The notes: a model not told the origin generated them from the sequence alone. Shown: positions 31,854 to 43,982, counted from the first letter of the stretch. The stretch is 64,000 nucleotides of DNA from an uncultured Chloroflexia bacterium (GCA_963765765.1 CAVXYC010000025.1:61092-125091); one strand, 5' to 3'. Translations and numbers: made by a program.

Positions 31854-34042
31854 TTACTGGACCACGACGGTCCCGCGATTGGTGATGTGGAAGCGGCAGA
31901 AGTAATCGTAGCGCCCCGGGATTCTAAATGTGTGAGTGAACACATCACCTCCTTGTAGAGGTCCGGAATCAAATTGTCCCAGCAGGTGTGAGACCGTATG
32001 CTCGCTCTGACCGCGGTGCTCCCATCGTACCGTCGTCCCGATGGGTACGGTGAGCTGGTTGGGGGCGTAGAAGTTATCTCGTAAGAGCACTGTAGGACCA
32101 TCGAGAGGTGGCGGACCGGCAGTCTCCGTTGGTGCGGTAGCGGAGACGTGCTCATGATTTGTCGCCGGTTGATCCGGACTCACCATGACCATGGTGTGCA
32201 TGCCACCGAGCCAGACTCCGTTGTTGGTGTTTGCCGTCTCAAAATGGTCGTGCAATGGGAAATGGCCGGTCTGATCGGCAACGAAGATGAGATCAGACGT
32301 TTCACCCGGGCCGAGAAGTACGGTGTCCTTCATCGGACCGTTCAGCCAGGGCCGACCATTGAACGCCGCTATTTGGAAGTGGAATCCGTGGAGGTGCATG
32401 GCGTGGGCCACCTGGCCCGTGTTCACAGCGCGAATCGAGCACCCGGTCACCAAGCTGAGCACGGATTACGCTGGAGGGATCGACCTCCGTATCCGGGTAT
32501 GCCCGACCGTTGATCAGGAAGTAATTCGGCTCGTACGAAGCCCAATCGTACGGCTGAACGGCTCCCTGCAGGGCGTTGCGCGTATGCTCATGCCCCGGCG
32601 CGTCGAGCTCGCTCAGAACCATCGTCAGCTCCTGACTGAAGGCTGGCTCATGCGTGTCCAGGGTCTCCGAGGCATCCGTCGATTTGACAATAAATGAGCC
32701 GTACATCCCCATCTGTTGATCCTCAAACGGGACTGCCGCTCCGGAGTAGGAGAAGGTGCCGACGGAGCTTGCATTCACTCGGTAGGTGTGGGAGCCACCC
32801 GGGGGGACCACGAGTAGGCGCGCTGGTCGGGTCGTGCAGACCGTTGATCTGGAGCGCGTGGCCGCGCCCGGTTGGGTCACGATCGTTCACCAGTGAGATG
32901 TCGAGCGTTTCCCCCTGGTGCGCGACGATCGGGGGACCGGGTACTTTGGCGTCCCCGGACGGGTCGTCAGTGAAGCCATACACATAAATGCTGGCACCGT
33001 CTGGCAGGGTCTTCCAACCGTCGCGGACGTACAGAGTCAGTGTGCGGACAGCCTCCTCGGCGGTCGTGTCGACATAAGTCTGACCTGGCACGATTGGAAG
33101 TGCTGGACGGTATGGCTGATCTACATGGTCGTGGAGTGCGATGGGAGATGCGTGACCCGCATCAAAAAGTAAGTCGTACTTCTCGCCCGGCCCAAGCCAG
33201 ATCGTGTCTGTCACTGGTCCGGCCGGCCAGGGGCGGCCGTCTGTGGCTACTACCGAAAAGGTTTGACCGTGCGCATGCAATGAATGAGCGATATAGCCGG
33301 CATTGATCGCCCGCACAAGTACACGCTCGCCGGGCTCGCTGGCCAGAGCTGTCACTGTGCCAGATCTATCCAGCGACATCTGGTCATTGACGAGAAAATA
33401 ATCGGGGCGAAAACGCAGCCAGTTATAGGGATCGCCGCCCTCTTTCACAGCCCGCCGCGCCTGCTCGTGTCCAGCAGCGCCAAACTCGGCGAGAACCAGC
33501 GTGTGCTCACGCTGGAACGACGGACCGTGGGTATAGGCAGTCTTTGCGCCATTCGCCGCATGCACAATGATCGGCCCGTACATGCCCATCTGCTGATGCT
33601 CAACATTGTTCTGGTGACAATGGTAGAAGTACGTCCCGGCGTGGCTGGCTACGAATCGATACGTGAAGGAGCCGCCCTGGCGAACGAGGCCGGCGGGATG
33701 TGTTTCCGGGACACCATCGTGCTCGGTTGGTACATCTAGGCCGTGTAGATGGATGGTGTGACCCTCACCCAAGGGCTGCCGATCGCTAGCGGTCGGGTCG
33801 CGATCGTTGACCAGCGTGATCTCAACGCTGTCGCCCTCGTCCACGACGATCGGCGGACCGGGCACCATGGGCACGCCATTGGGATCCTCGGTAAAACCCC
33901 ACACATAGACCTGCGAGCCATCAGGCGTTGCTATCCACCCCTCGCGAACGTAGAACGTGAAGCTTCTCGTTTGCGACGACGGTCGTTGCGCTTCCGCGAG
34001 GTCTACGGTGGTTGCTGTCCCCACCAGGAGGAGCGCCGCCAT
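31854..34042 (-). CDS. Multicopper oxidase: four cupredoxin-like MCO domains plus a C-terminal plastocyanin-like domain; frameshifted
   Basis: HTIHLHG, YFYHCH..EHQQMGMYG, HSLHAHG, LHDH; second pair HALQING, QQMGMYG, HAMHLHG, PLHDH; tail EHTV...YDYFCRFH. The start may lie further upstream (up to 34213). Confidence 0.85.
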
Positions 34043-34184
34043 CGTTACCAGGGGACGCGGGCCAAGTCCTCGCAGGACGCGAACAGCCTGTGCTCCACAC
34101 GCGCGGAATCGCCCCAACAGAGTTCTCCAGTCTGCAATCTCGAGGTTGGCACCGGAGTGTCCGGCGCCAACCTCGACGCGGTGC

Positions 34185-35267
34185 CTAGCGCGGCTCGACG
34201 ACGATTGTCCCACGCATGTCAGTGCTTTCGTGCAGCAGACAGACGTACTCGAACGTCCCGGGCGTATCCATCGTCAGTGACCACTCGAGCCCGCGCGGCG
34301 ACGGTGGGAGACCACCGATCTGCCCCGAGCTGTAGAGGCTTTTCCCGTCGTAACCAGGCGATGGCACGATTGCCTGGCGATTAATGTTGACGATGCGCGG
34401 CTGAACGGAGGGGTCTGGCAGGGCCATCCCCGGGCGTCACCATTGTGCCATCGGGGAGCATTACTGCAAGGATCTCAATCGGAGGAGCGCCCGGTTCGGG
34501 AAACGTGACGGTGTGCGGAACGTCATGATCCACCTTCCAGGTCACCGTATCGCCCTGGCGAACATTCAATCTCTCGGGCAGGAATGCGTCGATGTGGAGG
34601 TGTCCACTCGAGCCAGTGGTGCCGGCTCTAACATGCCAGGTGCTTGCCCCGTCCGCGGCCTCGTCCTGTCGTGCGGTGTTACGAGTCGTCATGATCTCGT
34701 CAAGCTCGAGGAGATGCTGTGGCATGTGGGCGGCCGCCATCGCGTCGGCTTCCTGTTGCGTCGTAATCCCTGTCGTGCCCGGCTCCACGACCTCCACTAC
34801 CGCGCGCATGACCCGCTCGTGGAGCGCACAGAGATACGGGAATGAGCCGGTCTTGCTGAACGTCAGCGAGAATGATTGACCCCGCCCGAGGACGCCGGAG
34901 TTGATCAGGTGGCTGCCGTCGTAGTCACCCGTAGGGAGCACGGCATCCCAGACCAGCGGGTTGAGCATAGTTGGTCGACCAGGCACGCCCTCGGGCTGGG
35001 GAACGGCGCGCCCGAGCGGCCCTCTGTACCGGCGAGAAACACTACGTTGTGCTCATCGTCACTGTCGACGGTCCACGTCACGGTGGTTCCCACCGCGATT
35101 CGGATCGTTGACGGTACGAAGTCCTGAGCCTTCACCACCCCTTCACCCTGACCGGCGATGACGCTGAGGGTCGGCCCGCCCTGAGCGGCGGTTGATCCGA
35201 CTCCAGCGGCCAGGGCACCTGTCGCGACAAGCACCAATCCTGTCAACCCCGTGAGTCTTTTGATCAT
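34185..35267 (-). CDS. Secreted two-domain blue-copper (cupredoxin) protein; frameshifted
   Basis: Signal peptide MIKRLTGLTGLVLVATGALAA; EHNVVF...YLCALHERVM; PHTVTF...YVCLLHESTDM. Confidence 0.82.
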
Positions 35268-35700
35268 GCCCAGACAATTCTGGCCAAGTGGGCCACTGAC
35301 ACGTACGTTCTCTATTGACACTGGACACTCCCTAAAAATTGCATTCGTCCAGGCGCGAGCGCGCCGACGAGACGGAATATGAGCAGTCGCCTAAATGAAT
35401 CGCCGCACAGTTTCAGAAATTTGGCGAAGCCACAATGACTAAGGTGATTCGAAGTAATCACCGTTACGTTTATGAGTGTTCGGGTCATCACGGCTCGGGT
35501 TCCGCACACTAATGAGACTTAGATTTTGTTGTGACTATCCATGCTTCTCCGCACCACGGGCAGTACCAGAATGTGGTGACTAGGTGACTATTGGAAGCCA
35601 CGCGCTCCTGATGGGCTCACGGAAGGAGCGCGCTGCATTGGGAACAGTGGAATCCTGAGTTGCGGCCCTCAGACCTTCAGACGGAACGAGAGCCTGCGCA

Positions 35701-35738
35701 ACAAAAGGGCCCAGCCAAACTGCGTGACTGGGGCCTCT
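35701..35738 (-). terminator. Intrinsic terminator-like hairpin after the clpC remnant
   Basis: Minus strand GGCCCCAGTC-loop-GGCTGGGCCC followed by TTTTGT. Confidence 0.55.
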
Positions 35739-35759
35739 ATGTTCCTGACAAAAGTAGGA

Positions 35760-35975
35760 TCACGCCTCGATTGGCACCTCTTCCACTACGCGCTCCGTGT
35801 GAAACGTGAGCGCGTCGGCGCCCGCGTCAACCCGAATCGCGTCGTCGAACTGGTAGGCATGGGCGAGAACCTGGCGGGCCAGCTCGTTCTTCACTGACGA
35901 TGGATCAGGCGGCGCAGTGGGCGGGTGCCGAAGTCTTGATCGTAGGCCGTGCTCTACCAGCCAATGGCGTGCGAA
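35760..35975 (-). pseudogene. Decayed duplicate of the clpC 3' end
   Basis: Aligns to 39714-39930 (GCCGAAGTCTTGATCGTAG, GGATCAGGCGGCG, AACGTGAGCGCGTCGGCG); ends ALTFHTER..EVPIEA*. Confidence 0.85.
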
Positions 35976-36064
35976 TTAGCGGGCGCCCCACGCCACAGTA
36001 TCAACTGATTACTGTTCGACTCCCGCTCGGATTGCTGCGAGGATAGGAGCAGGAGGGAACACGG

Positions 36065-36887
36065 ATGACTCCACCGTTGGAAGGTAAAGTAGCTCTAATC
36101 ACCGGAAGCTCGCGGGGCATCGGCAAAGGCATCGGCCTGTGTCTGGCGGAGGACGGCGCTGACATTGTCGTGTGCGCCCGCAGTGACTCTTCGGCCGCCA
36201 ACCCACTGGGATCGATTGAGCGACGGCACGCGAGATCGAGGCGTTGGGGCGCCGTGCCCTGGCTGTGAAGCTGGACGTCACGAACGACGACGAGGTCAGG
36301 AGCGCCATCGATGCGGCGCTAAAAAACTTCGGGCGCATCGACATCCTGGTCAACAACGCGGGCATCACCGGCATGCCTGGCACCGAGTTCTGGGGTGGAA
36401 CCCCCGACGCCCTGGACGCGTACTACCGGACGAACTTGCGCGCCCCGTTCGTGATCACGCAGCTGGTGGGCCCGATCATGGAGAAGCATGGCGGCGGCGC
36501 CGTATTCAACATCTCGTCCGGCGGCGCGAGCTCGCCCCCGCCGCCCGAACCCGGCTGGAAACCTTCGCCGGGGCGTGTCTACGTGGGTTATGGCATCACG
36601 AAAGCGGCATGAACCGCTGGGTGGCCGGGGTTGCGGGCGACCTGATGATGCGCAATATCGCGATCATTGCGATCGACCCCGGGCTGACGGTGGTGGAGCG
36701 CAACATGGTCAATCCGCGCCCCGGTGCCGACTACTCGCAGGCCAACACGCCGGAGACCACTGGCCGGGCGATCGCCTTCCTCGCGCGCGACGCCATGGCG
36801 TACACGGGCCGCGTGCTGGAATCGAGCAAGGTGGTGGCCGAGCACAACCTGACGATGACCGGCATGAGGCCGACGCTCGACGGATAG
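36065..36887 (+). CDS. SDR family oxidoreductase; frameshifted
   Basis: ALITGSSRGIG, DILVNNAG, FNISS, YGITKA, IDPG. Confidence 0.88.
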
Positions 36888-36957
36888 AGTTTTTCGTTAG
36901 CGAACTCGGTAGGACAGGCAGTCAGACGCACTGTCCCACCCGGGATCCGCTCGCCGG

Positions 36958-37728
36958 CTACCCGTTCGGCTCCACTTCAGGCACTCGAATCTCATCACGG
37001 ACGCCGACGACGATGACCGTCTGAAACTCCCGATACACACATTCCACGGCGGCAAAGCCCGCCTCCCGAAGCCAGGCAAGCTGATCCTCCAGAGAGGCGG
37101 GAAGCTCCATGTGAGGCGTCGCGATCTGAAACGACGCATCGGGGTCTTCGCCCGACCACACCCCGAGCTGCTGGAAGACTGGATTGGCGAACCGCACGTA
37201 GTCCAGAGTTGATGAACACCCCGCCGGGCGCCAGCACTCCAAGAATCTCCTCGAAGAGCTGGCGAATTCGATCCGGACTGCCCGCGTGATGGACGGCGCG
37301 GGCCGCCATCACGATTAATCGAAAGGGCCTTCGGCCGTCGCCACCCAACCCGGCTGAGCGAGCTCCGCCGTGACGTACTGAGCACGCTCTCCGAAACGCT
37401 CGAGCCGCTTACGGGCATGCGCGAGCATCGGTTCAGAGCCATCGATCAGGACCGCCTGTGCTCGCGAGTAACGGTCGAGCACAAGCTCATCCAGGACGCC
37501 ATTCCCGCACCCAGAGTCGGCGTAGCGGAAAGACTCATCTAGGCCTTTCGGGATGACCGCTCGCATCTTTGCAAAGAGCGGCCGTCGCTCGGAAGCGTGG
37601 GCCTCCTGGCGTTCAATCCAGTCGGTGACGAAGGCCTCGTCGGACCAATCATGGTCCTCGTGGTGTCCACGGTCGCCAGAATGCTTGCCGTGCGCTCGAT
37701 GGTCGCGATGCTGGTGCGCTGTGTTCAT
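36958..37728 (-). CDS. Class I SAM-dependent methyltransferase with His-rich N-terminus; frameshifted
   Basis: DSGCGNG, IDGSEPML, GPFD, RAVHH, LAPGGVFIN, QLAWLREAGF. Confidence 0.8.
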
Positions 37729-38047
37729 GGAGGTCTCCATTCGTTCCCGAAAGGCGAACACGTAGTTCAGGAATCGACCTCTAACTATCGCATGCGATGT
37801 ACTGTTCAATTCGGATAATTATGGTCGTCATTCGTAGCGCGGGGGCTTGTCCCCTGCGCCTGGATATTAGCCAACCATGTACTCGTCTGTGATGAAGAAC
37901 TGCGACGTGCGGCGTTCCAGGCACACGGGACAAGCCGCCGTACTGCTCGGAATTCATCCCGTCTCTGTTTGCTACGGACCAATGAGTCTTGCGACGTGCC
38001 GACGTCAAAATAGGTGAAGTACCAAGGCCACTGAAGGAGACACACGC

Positions 38048-38692
38048 ATGACCAAAGTCCGCTTTCACTGCAGCATGACCCTCGACGGGTACATGGCCGC
38101 CCCTAACCAGACCCGGGAGCAGCCCTTTGGTGACGGCATGGAGGGCGTCCTGCGCGATTGGATGTTCAAGCAGCGCTTCGTCTGTGAGAAGTTCGGTAGC
38201 GGTGAAGGTGGCGAGGAAGGCCCGAACAACGACATTATCCGCGAGGCGCAGTCAAACATCGGCGTCACGATCATGGGGCGTAACATGTTCGGGCCGGTAC
38301 GCGGCGAATGGCCGGCCGAGGCCTGGAACGGCTGGTGGGGGCCCAACCCGCCCTACCACACGCCCGTCTTCGTGCACACTCACTACGCCCGCGAGCCCCT
38401 CGTCGTGGAGGGCGGAACCACCTTCTACTTCGTGACCGATGGCATCGAGTCCGCCCTTTCCCAGGCCCGCGCCGTGGTGGCAGATGACAAGGACATCCTG
38501 ATTGCCGGCGGGCCGACCACCATCAATCAGTACCTCGCCGCCGGCCACATCGACGAATTCGAGCTGCACATCGTCCCCTTCCTCCGGGGCGAGGGCGAGC
38601 GCGTTCTTGTCGGCGCCAACCTCAAGCTTGAGCCAATCCGCGTTGTCCACGGCGGTGATGTAACGCACCTGAAGTACCGGGTGCTGAGATAG
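38048..38692 (+). CDS. Dihydrofolate reductase family (RibD C-terminal-like) protein
   Basis: SMTLDGYMA, IMGRNMF, PPYHTPVFV, IAGG, IDEFELHIVP. Confidence 0.9.
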   Translation: MTKVRFHCSMTLDGYMAAPNQTREQPFGDGMEGVLRDWMFKQRFVCEKFGSGEGGEEGPNNDIIREAQSNIGVTIMGRNMFGPVRGEWPAEAWNGWWGPNPPYHTPVFVHTHYAREPLVVEGGTTFYFVTDGIESALSQARAVVADDKDILIAGGPTTINQYLAAGHIDEFELHIVPFLRGEGERVLVGANLKLEPIRVVHGGDVTHLKYRVLR

Positions 38693-38712
38693 CGGCGAGA
38701 AGGAGAACAACG

Positions 38713-39168
38713 ATGAAACAGGATGAAACCAGTCGCTCACAGGACGAACGGCAGGCGCGCGGCCCCGAGTACGACCGGCTGGGGGTGCTGACCGGGAAGT
38801 GGATCAATGTGGGCAAAATTGTGCCCGTGGGCAGGATCCGCCACTCGACATAGCGACGAATGATGTCTACGATGGGGACCGGGCCCGTACTGGGTGCTTC
38901 GTACCGCGTACGGCAGGATTGCGAACGATGATCAGTTACGACCGCGAAGCCAGCAAGTACGTTTCACACCTTCTTTGACAGCCTCGGCAATATGTTCGCG
39001 CACGAGCTCACGATCGACGGCAATACCATGATCTGGCGAGGCCAGATCACTAGCCGCACGGCCGAATTCGGCGAAGACGGCAAAGTCCAAACGGCCCACC
39101 ACGTCCGTTGGATCAGAGCGGTCAGTGGGTGCCCCTCGATGGAGCTTGTACTCACCAGAGTCAATTGA
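38713..39168 (+). CDS. DUF1579-like beta-barrel protein; frameshifted
   Basis: RBS AAGGAG; RLGVLTGKWINVG, FDSLGN, W..SMELVLTRV*. Confidence 0.5.
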
Positions 39169-39654
39169 CGACTCAGTCGAATAGGATCGCCCACCGCATG
39201 TCAGCCAAAAACCCGCGGCATGCCGACTACTGATACCACCGTCTCCCCTGTCTTCCTTCGTGCCTCGCACGAATACCCTATTGCCAGAATTGCTGGGCCT
39301 CGCCAGCGTCCTGTCATTCCGAAAAACGAGGAATCCGCCGGACATCGGTGCCAGCGTTATCGGTTACTACCGCCGTAGGAAGCCATCGGTCTTTGACGGC
39401 ATCGCATCCATCGATGTGGGAGATCCCCTCGTCCCTCTAATGAACACACCGCTGCCGGATGCGATTTCGGCTAGCACAAGGACTTCTTGAGAGCGAGATG
39501 GGATCCGCTTGGCTGACACCTTCTGTCGCAGTGTTCATCGGCGTGTTGGTGTGCGCCCCAGGCGCATGGGATTTCTCGGCAGGTACGACAGTTTGCCCGT
39601 GGCAGACACACCGAGCGTTTGCCGAGCGGCTCAGGTATTCCAACCATCGCTATG

Positions 39655-39696
39655 CACGAAGAAAGCCGCCCGACCGGTCGGGCGGCTTTCTTCGTG
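39655..39696. terminator. Perfect 42-bp palindrome; probable clpC terminator
   Basis: CACGAAGAAAGCCGCCCGACC/GGTCGGGCGGCTTTCTTCGTG, about 17 bp past the inferred clpC stop. Confidence 0.75.
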
Positions 39697-39713
39697 GTTA
39701 TCTCGACGGAAGT

Positions 39714-42160
39714 TTACGCCGCGATCGGCACTTCGGCATTCACCGTCGCGCTCCGTCTGGAACGTGAGCGCGTCGGCGTCCACGTCCACGCGGATCACGT
39801 CGCCGGGCTGGTAGGCGTCGGCGAGGACTTCGCGGGCTAGCTCGTTCTCCAGCTTACGCTGGATCAGGCGGCGGAGCGGGCGGGCGCCGAAGTCTTGATC
39901 GTAGCCATGCTCCACCAGCCAGTCGCGGGCGGCGTCGGTGAGCTCGAGCTTGAGCTCGCGCTCGGCCAGCCGATCGCGCAGCTGCCGTAGCATACCGTCC
40001 ACGATCTGCCGCAGGCTCTCCCGCGAGAGTCGATCGAAGACGATGATCTCGTCGATGCGGTTGATGAACTCAGGCTTGAACGTCTCGCGCAGCGACGCCA
40101 TCACGCGGGCCTGCATGCCCTCGTCCTTCGCGAACTCCGGATTGCCCGAGGTCAAATCCCAGGTGCTCTCGCCGCTTGCTGAACGCGCGAACGGAGCCGA
40201 CGTTGGACGTCATGATGATAACCGTGTTGCGGAAGTCGACCGTGCGACCATGTCCGTCGGTGAGCCGACCGTCATCCAGAATCTGCAGCAGAGCGCTCCA
40301 GACCTCGGGGTGGGCCTTCTCGATCTCGTCGAACAGGATCACCTGGTACGGACGACGCCGCACCGCCTCGGTGAGCTGACCGCCCTGATCGAACCCGACA
40401 TACCCAGGAGGCGATCCGAACAGCCGAGAAACGGTGTGCGGCTCACGATACTCGGACATGTCCAGCCGAAGCAGCGCATCGTCATCGTCGAACAGGAACT
40501 CCGCCAGCGTCTTGGCCAGCTCGGTCTTGCCCACACCCGTAGGACCCAGGAAGAGGAACGAGCCAATTGGCCGCTTCGGATCGCTGAGTCCGGATCGAGA
40601 CCGACGAATTGCGTCCGAGACCACCTGCACGGCCTCATCCTGTTGGATGACTCGCGCATGCAGTGCATCCTCGAGGTGAAGCAGCTTGTCGGCCTCTTCC
40701 GAGAAGATGTTGCGCACGGGCACACCCGTCCACTGTGCCACCACCTCGGCCACGTGCTGCGGTGTCACCGCGCGGCGCTCCGGCTCAGGCTCATCCGCAA
40801 GCTCGGGATGCTCCTGCTCCATCTTCAGCCGCTCGGCTTTGACCTCGGCCGCCTTCTCGTAGTCACGCGCCTGCCAGGCCTCATCCTCCTGCTCGCGCAG
40901 CGCTGCCATGCGAGCCCGAGGCGTGTCCGCGTCTTCTATTGAAGCACGCAGGCGTACCTTGGCCGCCGCCTCGTCCATCACGTCGATGGCCTTGTCAGGC
41001 ATCGAGCGATCCTGGATATAGCGGTCGGACAGATGGACAGCCGCCTCAACGGCATCGTCCTGGATGGTCAGGCCATGATGCTCTTCGTATCGATCCCGAA
41101 GACCGCGCAAGATCTCGATGGTGTCTTCCACGCTCGGCTCGTCCACGAAGATGGGCGCAAAGCGACGCTCCAGCGCGGGGTCGCGCTCGATGCCCTCGCG
41201 GTAGTCATCAAGCGTGGTGGCGCCGATACAGCGCAGCTCGCCACGGGCCAGCGCCGGCTTGAGCATGTTGGACGCGTCCATGGCGCCCTCTGCTCCACCC
41301 GCGCCAACGATGGTGTGGAGCTCATCAATGAAGAGAATGATCTCGCCATTGGAGGCCTTTACCTCATTGACAACGGTCTTGAGCCGCTCCTCGAACTCAC
41401 CGCGGAATTTTGATCCGGCGAGCATTGCGCCCACGTCCAGCGCCACCACGCGCCGGCCCTTGAGTGGCTCAGGAACCTTGCCCGAGATGATGTGGCGCGC
41501 AAGCCCCTCGACGATGGCTGTTTTGCCAACGCCAGGCTCGCCGATGAGCACCGGATTATTTTTGGTCCGGCGCACCAGCACTTCCATCAGGCGCAGCACT
41601 TCCTTATCGCGCCCGATCACTGGGTCAAGCTTGTCCTCACGCGCTAGGGCGGTGAGGTCCACGCCGTACTTCTCTAATGATTGGAAACGCGACTCAGAGC
41701 CAGCGTCTTCCATTTTTGCACCTGCCCGAATGGCATTGCATGCGCTGAGCAGCTCTTCGCGTTTCAGGCCATGTTGCGTCAGCAGTCGCGCGGCCGGATC
41801 GTTCGCGTCGGCGAGCGCGGCCAGGAGCAGATGCTCCGTGCCGACGAATTTATCGCCACGCTGATCAGCGTCTCGCGCCGCCGCGTTGACCATGCGATCC
41901 AACCGCGAGGTCACGTAGAGTCGCGAGCTATCCATACTCTTCGGCCGACCTTCCAGGTCGGCTCCCAGTGCCTCCACCGCGTCGCTGGGGCTCCAGCCGA
42001 TGCGGCGAATTGCGTCGGCCACTAGACCCTCGGGCTGACTCAGCAGCGCCACAAGGACGTGCTCGGTGTCAAGAGCGTTGTGTCGAAGCGACACGAGAAT
42101 CTCTTGCGCCCGTGCTAGGGTCTGGCGGCCGTGTTCCGTAAAGCGTTCGATGGGTACCAA
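39714..42160 (-). CDS. clpC: ATP-dependent Clp protease ATP-binding subunit ClpC (two frameshifts near the 3' end)
   Basis: Double Clp-N repeat, [14 protein letters not shown], short UVR-type M domain (QARDYEKAA), [32 protein letters not shown]; inferred end EVPIAA* (TAA 39714). Confidence 0.9.
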
Positions 42161-42201
42161 TGTCCGACTTTCCGGCAGGCATACCCTGCCTGGTGTTGAA
42201 A

Positions 42202-42222
42202 GTTGACAACGTGATTATCAAG
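42202..42222 (-). promoter_or_regulatory. HAIR-like (HspR) operator upstream of clpC
   Basis: CTTGATA-N7-TGTCAAC versus consensus CTTGAGT-N7-ACTCAAG (TTGA-N11-TCAA kept), about 40 bp upstream of the start. Confidence 0.45.
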
Positions 42223-42522
42223 AGATCTTTTCTAATCACGATGATCTTTTTGCGCCGATATTCGTCGACTATGGTACGTAAAACGCTGCAAGTCGGTTGC
42301 AAATTCCCGGCGTGGAGGGCTCAGCCGGGACCGCCGACATGCTGTCGGCCCGGCGCTGATGGCCGCCGACCTTGGCCGCTGCCGGTGATGGAGTCACCCC
42401 ACCCCCGTCCCCGCTCCGCGCACGGGGAGGCGAGTTGGGAGCTCATTTGGAAGGGCCCGGCCGACAGGATGTCGGCGGCCCCGGTGATGCGCCGAAGCGC
42501 TGTGTCAGGGGTGACGTGGTAT

Positions 42523-43585
42523 TTACAGGCCGTAGAACCGCTTGCCGTTGTCCCCGACGATCTTCGCCGCCGCGACCGTGCTGAACTGACCGGACTCGGC
42601 CATGTCCATCAGCACTTGATGGGCGCGCAGCTCGGCTGACTGATCCACGTGGCTGTAGTCGGTGCCAAGCATCAGATAGTCCTCGGCGCCGAAATTGAGC
42701 AGATAGCCGATGTCATCCTCGGTATCGCAGGTGACGTAGAAGCGATTGTGGGCCAGAAACTCCGTCTTGAAGTCGTCAGCCGGCTTTCTCTGCATTGCCC
42801 CGCATTCCCAGGTCTTTAATAAGGAAGGGGATCCAGGAGGCGCCGGCTTCGATGAATCCGAAGCGGAGCTTGGGATACTTGTCCGGGATCTTTGCTCCGG
42901 CCAGTGAGGCGAACGCCGACAGCACGTTCAGCACCGACATGCGAGCAACGCCCTCGGTCGTGTTAGAGCTACCTGGATCGCCAATGCCCTGGTGAATGCA
43001 GATCGGCAGATCGAGTCGCTCCGCTTCCTCATAGAGGGGGTGGAAATACGGGTCTGCCGCGGATCGATCGCCGCACTCCACACCTTTCTTCATCACGCCG
43101 CAGGCACCGTGGTCTCTGGCAAACTGGAGCTCTTTTACTGCCTCGTCAATATCCAGCATGGGCACCTGCGCCACCCAGCGCAGCCGCCCGCGCGAGCTGG
43201 CAGTGCGATCGGCCAGCCAGCGGTTGTAGGCCTTGCACAGGGCTACTTCAACCTCAGGCCGGTCGGTGACCGCGTGGAGGAAGGTCGTGGGGTAGAGCGC
43301 CTGCGCCTCGATCTCCAGCTCATCCATGTGCCGTAAGCGAGCTTCCACGTCCAGCAGCTCACGGGTCGCCTGAGTGGTGCCGCTCTTCTCGTCACTGCGG
43401 AATCGGCGAAGTCGAGCGTTGCCGTCGATCAGCCACAACCGGTGTCTGCGGCCATCACTGGGACCGACCGGCTCGGCGTCCGGCAGGTCGAACGTGATCG
43501 GCTTGAATCGCTTGTCCGCGTCCGACAGGTATTCCCAGGTGTAATCGTTCTCGTCAATATGAGCATCCGCGTCAATCGCTCGCAT
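42523..43585 (-). CDS. Amidohydrolase_2 family protein (decarboxylase/hydratase-like); frameshift near 42790
   Basis: IDADAH, LYPT, AYNRWLA, PICIH, FIEAGASW, GTDYSH. Confidence 0.88.
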
Positions 43586-43740
43586 TAGTGTGCCCTCCTC
43601 TTATTGAGTGTGATTGTTTGTGCTGCTTAGGTCTGCACTGATCCATTTCAACCGCCCAGCTGCGTTCGGGGAGCGACCACGCGTCACGGATACCCGTCGT
43701 CGCCTGCTTTAACGGCTGGACACCAGCTCCAAGCGTCCCG

Positions 43741-43823
43741 GTCATCCTGAGCCGCGGCGAAGGATCTTCCCGCCGGTGTGCTGAGTCCGGCGGGGAAGAT
43801 CCTTCGCCGCGGCTCAGGATGAC
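43741..43823. repeat. REP-like long inverted repeat
   Basis: GTCATCCTGAGCCGCGGCGAAGGATCTTCCC...GGGAAGATCCTTCGCCGCGGCTCAGGATGAC (31-bp perfect arms). Confidence 0.88.
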
Positions 43824-43982
43824 AAGGAGGCCGGAGTTATGAGCGCTGGATCGTCGATGAGAGATCTCCGCCCGGTTCACTGGAATTGGCATGGTCACCC
43901 GGCCCATGAGGCCTCGGGATAGCAAAGGACCTTTGGTGATGAGTGGAGCGCTCTCGCAATGGAGTTCATCAATACGCCCAAC

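Noticed and set aside
39631-39713. ClpC C-terminal extension through the palindrome
   Set aside because: The duplicated 3' end shows the true end is EVPIxA*; the extension results from an indel near 39750.
39938-40942. Long plus-strand ORFs opposite clpC (also 5354-6091, 13693-14637, 23224-24129, 45910-46689)
   Set aside because: Antisense shadows of well-supported genes, expected at high GC.
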